A stretch of DNA of 24,673 bases, taken from the NCBI GenBank assembly GCA_035646755.1, contig DASROV010000289.1, positions 1 to 24,673 of the forward strand, written 5' to 3'. The position numbers and the translations under genes are program-made. Below the pieces are notes generated by a model. That model saw nothing but the letters and a program-made list of their open reading frames with translations. It was not told the origin of the DNA and ran no database searches. Every line of letters begins with the position of its first letter. Position 1 is the stretch's first letter. Source of the DNA: Trueperaceae bacterium. GTDB taxonomy: Bacteria > Deinococcota > Deinococci > Deinococcales > Trueperaceae. Of the stretch, positions 8,089-16,100 are shown one piece after another.

Positions 8089-9077
8089 CAGCGGCCATCC
8101 GTCTCGTAGTACACCCAGCGCTTGGCAAGCAGTAGCTGGACGAGCGTCACTGCCATGATGATGAGGAACAAGATCCAAGCAAGCGCCGAGGCGTAGCCCA
8201 TCTGCAGGCCGCCGGCGCCGACCTTGCCGAACGCCCGGTTATATAGGTAGAAGACGTAGAACAACAGCGACTGCCCCGGTCCGCCGAGCGCGATGTCCCG
8301 GCCCGCCGCGCCGGCGATGATGAACGCTGTCTCGAAGATCTGGAAGGTGCCGATGATGCTGGTGACGACGAGGAAGAACGTTGTCGGCGACAGCATCGGC
8401 AGCGTTATGTAGCGGGTCTTGGCCCAGCCGGTGGCGCCGTCGATCTCGGCCGCCTCGTAGAGCGACTTGGGTATCCCCTTGAGGCTCGCCAAGTAGATGA
8501 GCACCTGCGCACCGATCCACCACGAGCTCATCACCACCAGCCCCGGCTTGGTCCAGGCGGGATCGGTGAACCAGGCCGGCCCACGCACGCCGATTAGCTC
8601 GAGCCCGGCGTTGAACAGCCCGTTAGGGGCGAGGATCCATTGCCACAGGAAGATGGCCGCGACGCCCGAGAGCACGTTGGGCAGGTAAACGATGGTGCGG
8701 AAGCCGCGTTCGCCCGGCAGGTTGAGGTTGAGCAAGATAGCGATGGTGAGGGCGGCGACGATGACGATCGGCGTCTTGACTATCACCATCCAGAAGGTGT
8801 TCTCTAGCGCCTTGAGGAACATAGAGTCGTTGAAGATGATGTTCTCGTAGTTGCGAAGACCCAACCAGCGTGGCTCGCCGATGATGTTGTAGCGCGTGAA
8901 GCTGGTGTAGAGCGAGTACAGCATCGGCCACAGGGTGAAGACCGCGAAGCCGATGAGCCACGGCAATGCGAAAAGATAACCGGTGAGCCCCTGGTTGAAC
9001 CGGCGCCGTGAGAACTTCCGGCGCGCCTTGGGGGCGACGGTGAGTACCGGCTGGCTTTCGGTTACGCGAGTGGCCAC
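8088..9077 (-). CDS. Carbohydrate ABC transporter permease (MalF-like)
   Basis: GYLFALPWLIGF, SLYEAAEIDGA EAA motif, GYASALAWILF. GTG at 9077 is preceded by GAGGA; the track's 9224 start overlaps the SBP gene and is unlikely. Confidence 0.93.
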   Translation of the reverse strand: MATRVTESQPVLTVAPKARRKFSRRRFNQGLTGYLFALPWLIGFAVFTLWPMLYSLYTSFTRYNIIGEPRWLGLRNYENIIFNDSMFLKALENTFWMVIVKTPIVIVAALTIAILLNLNLPGERGFRTIVYLPNVLSGVAAIFLWQWILAPNGLFNAGLELIGVRGPAWFTDPAWTKPGLVVMSSWWIGAQVLIYLASLKGIPKSLYEAAEIDGATGWAKTRYITLPMLSPTTFFLVVTSIIGTFQIFETAFIIAGAAGRDIALGGPGQSLLFYVFYLYNRAFGKVGAGGLQMGYASALAWILFLIIMAVTLVQLLLAKRWVYYETDGR

Positions 9078-9111
9078 AGTGACGGTTCCTCGTGGGCTGA
9101 AGCGCGAGGTT

Positions 9112-9144
9112 TTGCGGGGGTGGGTGATGCGCCCACCCCCGCAA
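9112..9144 (-). other. Perfect 13-bp GC-rich stem-loop between the SBP and the first permease gene
   Basis: ttgcgggggtggg-N7-cccacccccgcaa, 6 nt after the SBP stop; followed by only A/C on the mRNA strand, so not a canonical intrinsic terminator. Confidence 0.7.
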
Positions 9145-9150
9145 CGGCTG

Positions 9151-10494
9151 TCAGCGGTTCTGTTCGATCGTCCTGTCGATCTCTTGCTGCGCCTCCGAGA
9201 GAGCTTCCTCGATGGTCGTCGCATCGGTCCAGACGGACTCGAGCCGCGAGTTCAACTGCTCGATCCAGTTGGAGTACGCGGGCACGAAGGGCACCAGCTT
9301 GCCGACCTCCATGGCGTCGATGAAGAAGCCCCAGGCGGGATCGGCCATCAGGACAGGGTCGCGAGCAGCCGCGATATCGCTCGGGATCGAGTAGGTGTCG
9401 CGGGCCCATGAGACCTGACCGGGACGGCTGGCGGCGCACTTGATGAACTCCCAGGCAGCCTCGGGGTTCTCAGCGCCCGAAGGGATCGAAAGGGTGAAAC
9501 CGCCGCTCCAGGTGGCCGGCTCGACCTCGTACGGGGGCAGGCTCACGCCCCAGTCCATGTTCGGCGTGCTGCCGTCAGCGAGGTTGGCCTTCGGCCGGTA
9601 GAAGTTGAGGATCGAGTTGTAGCCCGCGGTGTCTACCTTCATCACCACGCCGCCTGCCATGAACGCGTCGTTGGGAGCGGCGCCGTACTGAGCAAGGAAT
9701 CGCTGCACTTCGGACCAGCCGCCGTAACGGTCGATCCAGCGCTTCATCCACTCCAGGGTCTCGGCGACTGCCGGATCGTCGACGACGGGCTGACCGTCGA
9801 CCACGAACTCATGGCCGTTGGCCATCGCCCAGAGGTCGACACCGACGTTGCCATAAAGCGGGAAGAAGGCGATGCGCTCGAAGGTGCCGTCCTCGTTCTT
9901 GACGTCAAGAGCGTCGGCCGCGGCCCACAGCTCTTCCCAGGTGGCAGGCGGGTTCTCTGGATCGAGGCCGGCCTCCTCCAGGACGTTCTTGTTGTAGAAC
10001 AGCACGCGCACGTCGGTCTCGAACGGAAGCCCGTAGCTCTCGCCTTCGTAGAGCGTCTGCTGCCAGGTGAAGTCCCAGAAAGCCGAGCTCTGGATGTTGT
10101 CGGCTTCGACCATGTCGCCAAGGCTCTGGTAGATTCCGTCGGCGGCGTCGCGCGGGAGCTGCAGGCGGTCGGCGACGATGACGTCAGGCATGCCGGAGCG
10201 CGCCGCCACGGCGGCGATGTTGGCGGTCCAGATGTCACCCCACGGCTTGAACGTCTCAGTAACGGTGATGTTGGGCAGCTCTGCCTGGCACTGGGCAACC
10301 ACGCGGCGGATGGCGTTGCGCCTCACCGGGGAGCCCCAGAAGTGCCAGAACTCGACGTCGCCCGAGACTTCGGGGTTGAGGGGTATCTCCCCTTGCTGCG
10401 CACTGCCGACGGACAGCGTGGACAGGGCCAACAGCCCTGCGGCCAGCGCCATGAGCGACCGCCGCCATGTCAACTTGCGAACCGTACCGATCAT
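9151..10494 (-). CDS. Carbohydrate ABC transporter extracellular solute-binding protein
   Basis: AGGAGG SD; signal peptide ending ...VGSAQ with no lipobox; FWHFWG, MPDVIV, YGLPFETDVRVLFYNK, PATWEEL, WSGGFTLSIP, AAWEFIK. Confidence 0.95.
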   Translation of the reverse strand: MIGTVRKLTWRRSLMALAAGLLALSTLSVGSAQQGEIPLNPEVSGDVEFWHFWGSPVRRNAIRRVVAQCQAELPNITVTETFKPWGDIWTANIAAVAARSGMPDVIVADRLQLPRDAADGIYQSLGDMVEADNIQSSAFWDFTWQQTLYEGESYGLPFETDVRVLFYNKNVLEEAGLDPENPPATWEELWAAADALDVKNEDGTFERIAFFPLYGNVGVDLWAMANGHEFVVDGQPVVDDPAVAETLEWMKRWIDRYGGWSEVQRFLAQYGAAPNDAFMAGGVVMKVDTAGYNSILNFYRPKANLADGSTPNMDWGVSLPPYEVEPATWSGGFTLSIPSGAENPEAAWEFIKCAASRPGQVSWARDTYSIPSDIAAARDPVLMADPAWGFFIDAMEVGKLVPFVPAYSNWIEQLNSRLESVWTDATTIEEALSEAQQEIDRTIEQNR

Positions 10495-10603
10495 CTACTA
10501 CCTCCTGGGAATCGTCGTGCCTGGTGGTGCTCGGATCACGCTCGAGCCCGGTCGTCCGGGCCGCTGCCGAGGATCAGAGGCTCGCCTCGCGGCGAGACGT
10601 CGC

Positions 10604-11383
10604 TTACCCGCTACCTCCTTCGCTTGTCATGTCGCCGCTGATAACCACCTCTACCCCACTGGCCTCGAGGCGGATATGCCAGTCGCCCGGTAGGCCCTCA
10701 TCGGAAACGAGCAGGTGAACGGCGCCCAACGGAGCGACGCTCGCCTTGGCGACGCGTTCGAACTTGCTCGCGTCGGCCACCACCACCGCCTTCTTCGCCA
10801 CGCGGATGCAGTGGCGTAGAGCGAGCGCCTCGTCCTCTTCGGTGACGGTGTAGCCAGAGTCGGCATCGATGCCGCTTACGCCGATGAAGCTGATGTCGGC
10901 GAAGAGGCGAGCGAGATTGAGTTCGGTCCAGTCGCCGACCGTGAGTTCGGCTTCCGAACGGTAGCGGCCACCGGTCAACAAGACTTCGGTCTCGCGACTG
11001 GCGATGGCGCGCGCGACGGCCAAGCTGTTGGTAACTAGCGTTATCGACATTCCGTCGATGCCATGCGCCACCGCCTCGGTGGTAGTGCCAGGCCCGAGGA
11101 CCACGGTCATGCCCGGCTTCACCAGGCGCGCAGCGGTCGCGGCGATGCTGAGCTTCTCTTCACGATTCGCCAGGGTGCGATCACGGAACGAGGCGCCATC
11201 CCAGTTGATGAGGGAACCGCCGCCGTGGCTCTTGATGATGAGACCGAGGACCTCGAGTTCTTGGAGGTCGCGGCGGATCGTCTGGTCCGAGACGTTGAAG
11301 CGCCTGGCCAGCTCCATGGTCCTCGCCGACCCCTGCTGGTGCAGAAGGCTCAAGATGTGCTGGCGACGCTCCTCAGCGAGCAT
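10604..11383 (-). CDS. DeoR/GlpR family transcriptional regulator
   Basis: MLAEERRQHIL...VSDQTIRRDLQELE HTH, HGGG, GPGTTT, TNSL, SFIGVSGI, VVADASKF; GGAGG SD. Confidence 0.96.
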   Translation of the reverse strand: MLAEERRQHILSLLHQQGSARTMELARRFNVSDQTIRRDLQELEVLGLIIKSHGGGSLINWDGASFRDRTLANREEKLSIAATAARLVKPGMTVVLGPGTTTEAVAHGIDGMSITLVTNSLAVARAIASRETEVLLTGGRYRSEAELTVGDWTELNLARLFADISFIGVSGIDADSGYTVTEEDEALALRHCIRVAKKAVVVADASKFERVAKASVAPLGAVHLLVSDEGLPGDWHIRLEASGVEVVISGDMTSEGGSG

Positions 11384-11402
11384 GCCGTCCTCCCCTCAGG
11401 TT

Positions 11403-11521
11403 TGTGATGTTGCGACGCTATCACATGCGATTCTCAGTTTCAACTCATTTCAACAGAAGTGATCGTCACCATGCCATTAATTGTTGTTATGCGTTGAGAA
11501 GCGGTTGAGAAGCGGTTGAAA
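11403..11521. promoter_or_regulatory. Candidate operator region: TGTGAT-N11-ATCACA palindrome plus phased GTTGA(A/G)A heptamer arrays in inverted orientation
   Basis: Palindrome 11403-11425; TTTCAAC at 11438 and 11448; GTTGTTA/GTTGAGA/GTTGAGA/GTTGAAA at 11483, 11493, 11504, 11515 (10-11 bp period). Confidence 0.6.
11415..11443 (-). promoter_or_regulatory. Sigma70-type promoter for the deoR/ABC operon
   Basis: Minus strand TTGAAA (11443-11438), 17-nt spacer, TAGCGT (11420-11415) with extended -10 TG; predicted TSS near 11408. Confidence 0.6.
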
Positions 11522-11574
11522 CGCCGGCGACAACTGCCTACCTCAGGGGCGGCCGCTATGTATTCTGGTCAGCT

Positions 11575-12729
11575 ATGAACCGGCTCATGAGTGAAGCTCA
11601 AGAAGATGAGCGCGCTGCCTCCGCCCGAGCGACTCGAGCGGGCGCCGGGGTGCTGAACGTCGGCATCATCGGAGCAGGCAACATCAGCGACTTCTATCTG
11701 CGCATCGGTAGGGGATTTAGCAACTTCGCTTTCACGGCGATAGCCGATCTTGACACCGAGCGAGCTGCCGCCAAGGCCGAGGCGCACGGCGTGCAGGCGA
11801 CGACGGTCACCGAACTGCTCGCCGACGACGCTATCGACGTCGTCGTGAACCTCACCGTCCCGGCGGCTCACGCGGCAGTTAGCCGTGCGGTACTAGGGGC
11901 GGGCAAGCACGTCTACAGCGAGAAGCCTCTGGCCACCAGCCGCGAGGACGGCAAGGCGATCCTGGCGCTCGCGGCAGCGCGGGGCCTGCTGGTCGGATGC
12001 GCTCCCGATACGTTCCTCGGCGCCGGACTGCAGGCGGCGCGCGCGGCCATCGACGCGGGACTCATCGGTGAGCCGATCGCGGCCAGCGCGTTCATGATGA
12101 GCAGCGGCCCCGACCAGTGGCACCCTGACCCGGCGTTCTTCTTCGCTCCGGGCGCCGGCCCACTTTTCGATATGGGCCCCTACTACCTGACTGCGCTCAT
12201 CAACCTCTTCGGACCTGTCTCCCAGGTGTCAGGCTCGGCGGTGATCGGCCGCCGCACGAGGCCGATCATGAGCGCGCCCCGCAAAGGTCAGCTGTTGGCA
12301 GTCGAGACGCCGACTCACGTCAGCGCCCAGCTCGAGTTCGCCAGCGGCAAGGTAGTGACGCTGCTCACCAGCTTCGATTGCCCGGCTTCGGAGCTGCCAA
12401 AGTGCGAGGTTTACGGCACCGAGGCGACGTTGAGCCTGCCCGATCCGAACACCTTCGGCGGCTCACTGAAGCTGCGGCGGACGGCCGACAAGGAGTGGCA
12501 AACGCTGCCCCTCAGCGGGCCCTACACCGAGAACAGCCGCGGGCTCGGGCTCGCCGACATGGTCGACGCCCTAGCGGCGGGTCGGCGGCAGCGGGCCGGC
12601 GGCGAGCTCGCGTTCCACGTGCTCGACACGATGGTGAGCATCCTCGAGGCGTCCGAAACGCGGGCGTGGCAGACGCTAGCCAGCTCCTGCGAGCGCCCGG
12701 CGGCGTTGGCGCCGGGGACAAGGTACTGA
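11575..12729 (+). CDS. Gfo/Idh/MocA family NAD(P)-dependent oxidoreductase
   Basis: VGIIGAGNIS Rossmann motif, HVYSEKPLA, GCAPDTFLG, GPLFDMGPYY; start could also be ATG 11587. Confidence 0.92.
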   Translation: MNRLMSEAQEDERAASARATRAGAGVLNVGIIGAGNISDFYLRIGRGFSNFAFTAIADLDTERAAAKAEAHGVQATTVTELLADDAIDVVVNLTVPAAHAAVSRAVLGAGKHVYSEKPLATSREDGKAILALAAARGLLVGCAPDTFLGAGLQAARAAIDAGLIGEPIAASAFMMSSGPDQWHPDPAFFFAPGAGPLFDMGPYYLTALINLFGPVSQVSGSAVIGRRTRPIMSAPRKGQLLAVETPTHVSAQLEFASGKVVTLLTSFDCPASELPKCEVYGTEATLSLPDPNTFGGSLKLRRTADKEWQTLPLSGPYTENSRGLGLADMVDALAAGRRQRAGGELAFHVLDTMVSILEASETRAWQTLASSCERPAALAPGTRY

Positions 12730-12732
12730 AGC

Positions 12733-13851
12733 CTACAGCCGCCGGGCTCGCGCTTGTTCTTCTACGCGCGCCGAGCGTAGAGCTAGATCGCGGGCGACAC
12801 CGTGGGCAAGATCAGAGGCGGGGTCGTAGGCGACCCTGAAGCCCACGTGGCCGATGCTGCTATCGTCGGTGCTCGAAGAGCGAGCCGAAAGGCGGTAGCG
12901 GTTGCAGTACGAGGCGTGGCAGAGGTGGGAGCCGCCCTTCATCACGCGGGGGACATTCACTTCGCCGTCGCGTGGCTCTTCCCAAGGGTCAGCGCACCAC
13001 TCCCAGACGTTACCGACGACGTTGTATAGCCCGAACCCGTTCGGCTCGAAGCTTCGTGCCGGGGCGGTACCGTGATAGCCGTCGCGCGCGTGGTCATGGT
13101 CGGGGAACGAGCCTTGCCAGACGTTGCAGCGGTGGCGCTTGCCGTCGACCAACCGGTCACCCCACGGGAAGCGCTTTTGATCGAGGCCGCCCCGCGCGGC
13201 GTACTCCCACTCGGCCTCGCGCGGGAGGCGGCCACCGGCCCAGCGAGCGAAGGCGGCCGCGTCGTGCCACGACATGTGGACGACGGGGTGGTCGCGGCGA
13301 TCGTCGAGGTCGGAGCGCGGTCCGAAGGGGTGACTCCAGTCGGCTCCAGGCACCACGCGCCACCACGGCGCGGCGGCCACGGTGCGGGTCGGTGGGTGGT
13401 CAGCGGACAAGAAGCTCTTGAACACGAACGACCAGCCGAAGCGCTCAGCCTCAGTAACGTAGCCGGTGTCGGCGACGAACTCAGCGAAGCGGTAATTGGT
13501 GACAGCGCAGCTATCGATGCCGAAGGCAGCGACCTCGACCTCCCTTACCGGCCCCTCGCGATCGGCTGGGAACGTGCGGTCGTCGCTGCCCATGCGAAAG
13601 CAACCGCCGGGGAGCGCGACGATCGCGGCGGTAGCGTTGGAAAGCGCGACGGTCGTGGCGGCGGTCCGGTCTACGGTCCCGGCGACGTCCACGCGCCGCT
13701 CAGGGAGGCTCGCGTCGCGGCCGTCCGCGGTGCCGCCGGCGCGAGCGCCGACTTCGCCTCGGCCTACGCGGTTCGCACCCCGACCAGGAGCGCAACAGCT
13801 ACTCCCGGTCTCGCCGGCCCGCTCGGAAGGTAGGATCGCGCCGTTGGACAC
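12733..13851 (-). CDS. Formylglycine-generating enzyme (FGE/SUMF1 family)
   Basis: SCCAP N-terminus, FRMGSD, HPVVHMSWHDA, RLPREAEWEYAARGG, NGFGLYNVVGNVWEW, catalytic KGGSHLCHASYCNRYR with both Cys, HVGFRV. Confidence 0.92.
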   Translation of the reverse strand: MSNGAILPSERAGETGSSCCAPGRGANRVGRGEVGARAGGTADGRDASLPERRVDVAGTVDRTAATTVALSNATAAIVALPGGCFRMGSDDRTFPADREGPVREVEVAAFGIDSCAVTNYRFAEFVADTGYVTEAERFGWSFVFKSFLSADHPPTRTVAAAPWWRVVPGADWSHPFGPRSDLDDRRDHPVVHMSWHDAAAFARWAGGRLPREAEWEYAARGGLDQKRFPWGDRLVDGKRHRCNVWQGSFPDHDHARDGYHGTAPARSFEPNGFGLYNVVGNVWEWCADPWEEPRDGEVNVPRVMKGGSHLCHASYCNRYRLSARSSSTDDSSIGHVGFRVAYDPASDLAHGVARDLALRSARVEEQARARRL

Positions 13852-14770
13852 TTACTACCACCCTACCTGGCCAATTGAGCCGCCGAAAGTGGTGTGTGTC
13901 GGCCTGAGCACGCTCGACCACCTGTGGCGCGTCGAGAGGTTCCCGCCGACGGGTTCGAGGACGCCGGCGCGCGCCTACGACTCGAGCGGGGGCGGGCCGG
14001 CCGCCACAGCAGCAGTGGCCGCGGCCCGACTGGGGGCGCACGTGAGGCTGTGGTCGAACCTCGGTGACGACGGCGCGGGGAACGCAGCAGCGACCGAGCT
14101 GGCGGGCCTCGGCGTCGACATCAGTGAGGTAAGGCGGCTGCAGGGCGGCAGGACTGCAGTCAGCGCGGTGATCGTCAACGCCGACGGTGAGCGGCACATC
14201 TTTCCGTACTTCGGGGACTCGCTGCGCGAGGCGGCGCTCGAGGACTTCGACGCCGGCTGGTTGGCGGGTGCCGGCTCAGTTCTCGTCGACTTGCGCATCC
14301 CCGGCCTCACCGCACAGGCGCTCGAAGCCGCCCATGCGGCCGGGGTGCCGAGCGTAGGCGACGTCTCCAACACCAGGCACTTGGAGCTCACCGGCCCGCT
14401 CGATCACCTTATCGCCTCCCGGGAGTGCGCGGCCGCGGTGCTTGGGCGCGACGATCCGCCGGCAGCCCTGGCCGCGTTGCGGCAACGGCCCGACCAGGTG
14501 GTCGGCGTCACGCTCGGCGAGCACGGCCTGATCATCGACGACGGCTCGGGCGCACGGACCGTGCCGGCGTTCGCCGTAGACGCACTCGACACCACTGGCG
14601 CCGGCGACGTGTTCCACGGCGCCTACGCCTTCGGGGTGGCCTGTGGTTGGCCGCCGCATCACTGCGGGCGAGTGGCGGCAGCGGCCGCGGCGCTCGCCTG
14701 CACGGGCATCGGGCGCAGCGCGATTCCCGACGCGGCGGCGGTGCGGGCTCTTCTCGATGACAACGCCTAG
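13844..14770 (+). CDS. PfkB family carbohydrate kinase resembling sulfofructose kinase YihV
   Basis: VVCVG..LD, GGGPAATAAVAAARLG, GERHI, DTTGAGDVFHGA, AIPD. Start uncertain (TTG 13844 or GTG 13889); the track's 13496 start lies inside the FGE gene. Confidence 0.88.
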   Translation: MDTYYHPTWPIEPPKVVCVGLSTLDHLWRVERFPPTGSRTPARAYDSSGGGPAATAAVAAARLGAHVRLWSNLGDDGAGNAAATELAGLGVDISEVRRLQGGRTAVSAVIVNADGERHIFPYFGDSLREAALEDFDAGWLAGAGSVLVDLRIPGLTAQALEAAHAAGVPSVGDVSNTRHLELTGPLDHLIASRECAAAVLGRDDPPAALAALRQRPDQVVGVTLGEHGLIIDDGSGARTVPAFAVDALDTTGAGDVFHGAYAFGVACGWPPHHCGRVAAAAAALACTGIGRSAIPDAAAVRALLDDNA

Positions 14771-14893
14771 CGCAGCCCACCCACGCCTACTCGCTGCCGG
14801 ACGTCGGCACCGCGGTGGTCGAGCGCCCGCCGCGATTACATATTGGCGCTGCTACGCAGCGACGCTCGCCTCAGTCGACTGCGACGGCGGTAG

Positions 14894-14965
14894 GGACGAT
14901 TAGCGCAGCGGAAGGGCGTCCGCTTTACACGCGGAGAGTCCGGGGTTCGAATCTCTCATCGCGTT
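14894..14965 (+). pseudogene. Degenerate full-length copy of tRNA-Val(TAC)
   Basis: 62/72 nt identical to 16264-16335 with no indels. Anticodon arm intact, but a G-G mismatch in the D stem, a C-C mismatch in the T stem, two acceptor-stem mismatches and no CCA. Confidence 0.85.
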
Positions 14966-15070
14966 CAAGCAAGGCACGATGGACCCGCCGGATCCGACGC
15001 GCGCCGTCGCCATCGAAGGCTCTCTGACGGTAGAGCGGCTCGCTCAAGAGGTCAGGTAGGCGCCACCTTC

Positions 15071-15946
15071 CTACTCCGGCCACTCCCGCACCAAGCGACG
15101 CGCTTCCGGATCGATCCTCTCGAGCGCCTGAAGGATGTCGTCGTCGCTCATATCCGGGCGATTCAAGGTCTGGTAGTACGACCGCAGGCCGTCACGTCCT
15201 ACGCGCTGCCAGATGCGCTTCGCTCCCATTATGAGCAGGAACTGGTACCAGCAGTAGAGGACGGCACCGTTCTGAAACTCCAACGAGCGGTACATATCAT
15301 CCAACGCTCGCACTGGCGTCTCGCTGCGGGGAACGCGGCCCGCTCCTAGACAGATCGTTTCCAGCGTCTGCAGTTCGCTCGGTTCGACTTCGGCCAAATA
15401 CCCGTAGAGCGCGAGATTGGCGAAGAGTTCGCTCACCCATTGGCGCGGGAAGTAGCGGTCGGGCGCGGCGCCGTCGAGTTCGGCCGGGCCATGCTCACCC
15501 TGGAACAGATGCGCTAGCTCATGGACCACGATCAGGTCGGGAAAGCAGGCGGAGAACCCGTCTGCGTCCCCGTAAGCGCCGCGAACATCTGCTTGCCCCT
15601 CCGGGTCGAGGTGCGTCCATATGAAGGCGTACACGTCGCGCCAGAATCCCCCTGGCTCTGCTCCCATGACCATCTTCCAATGCAGGTCGCCGACGCTTCC
15701 ATCGTCCATGCGGTCCACGTGGGGCAACCCGTATATGGGTAGTTCGGTGACGCCAGGCCACTCCCCGGGACCGACGACGAAGGCCGCCGGGGTGGGGGCC
15801 GGACCGAGGATCCCCGTCAACCAGGCTATGGCGCGCTCGGCGCGCTCGCCGACAGCGCGCGCCCGTGCTTCGGCGCCAGGACTGGCGTAGAGGGGAAAGT
15901 TGAACCCCTCGATCGCTACGAGTCTCGATAAGTCGATAGCGCCCAT
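15071..15946 (-). CDS. Hypothetical protein with gluzincin-like HExxH...E zinc motif (putative metallopeptidase)
   Basis: LIVVHELAHLF followed by WVSELFAN; GGGGGAG SD; no signal peptide; lies between the two tRNA-Val copies. Confidence 0.72.
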   Translation of the reverse strand: MGAIDLSRLVAIEGFNFPLYASPGAEARARAVGERAERAIAWLTGILGPAPTPAAFVVGPGEWPGVTELPIYGLPHVDRMDDGSVGDLHWKMVMGAEPGGFWRDVYAFIWTHLDPEGQADVRGAYGDADGFSACFPDLIVVHELAHLFQGEHGPAELDGAAPDRYFPRQWVSELFANLALYGYLAEVEPSELQTLETICLGAGRVPRSETPVRALDDMYRSLEFQNGAVLYCWYQFLLIMGAKRIWQRVGRDGLRSYYQTLNRPDMSDDDILQALERIDPEARRLVREWPE

Positions 15947-16070
15947 TTAGATCTCCCCCTAACTACCTTTTGCTCGTGCCTGTCGTCACGGACGCACGCT
16001 CAGGGCCGGTTCGGCACGGGCGACACGGTGGTTCGATAGCCTTGCCAAGGCGTTGCCGTCGCTGCCCGCG

Positions 16071-16100
16071 AGGGTAACAGCGTCGGCAATGGCTGGTCAA
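16071..16100 (-). promoter_or_regulatory. Candidate promoter for the HExxH gene
   Basis: Minus strand TTGACC, 18-nt spacer, TACCCT with extended TGn; about 120 nt upstream of the ATG at 15946. Confidence 0.45.

Noticed and set aside
10546-10596. Guanidine-II (mini-ykkC) riboswitch
   Set aside because: Requires two ACGR loops; only one is ACGA (the other is GCGA), and the downstream gene is a sugar SBP.
11403-11425. CRP/FNR site
   Set aside because: CRP consensus is TGTGA-N6-TCACA; the spacing here is 13 nt between those half-sites.
11438-11522. GTTGAAAC-like repeats reminiscent of CRISPR repeat ends
   Set aside because: Units are 7-11 bp with no unique spacers and no cas genes; better explained as an operator/promoter array.
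3750-14770. Complete sulfoglycolysis (sulfo-EMP) pathway
   Set aside because: No recognisable YihQ-type sulfoquinovosidase, YihS isomerase, class I YihT aldolase or YihU reductase; kept only as a weak hypothesis.
14894-14965. Second functional tRNA-Val
   Set aside because: Acceptor, D and T stems each contain non-wobble mismatches and there is no CCA; called a pseudogene.
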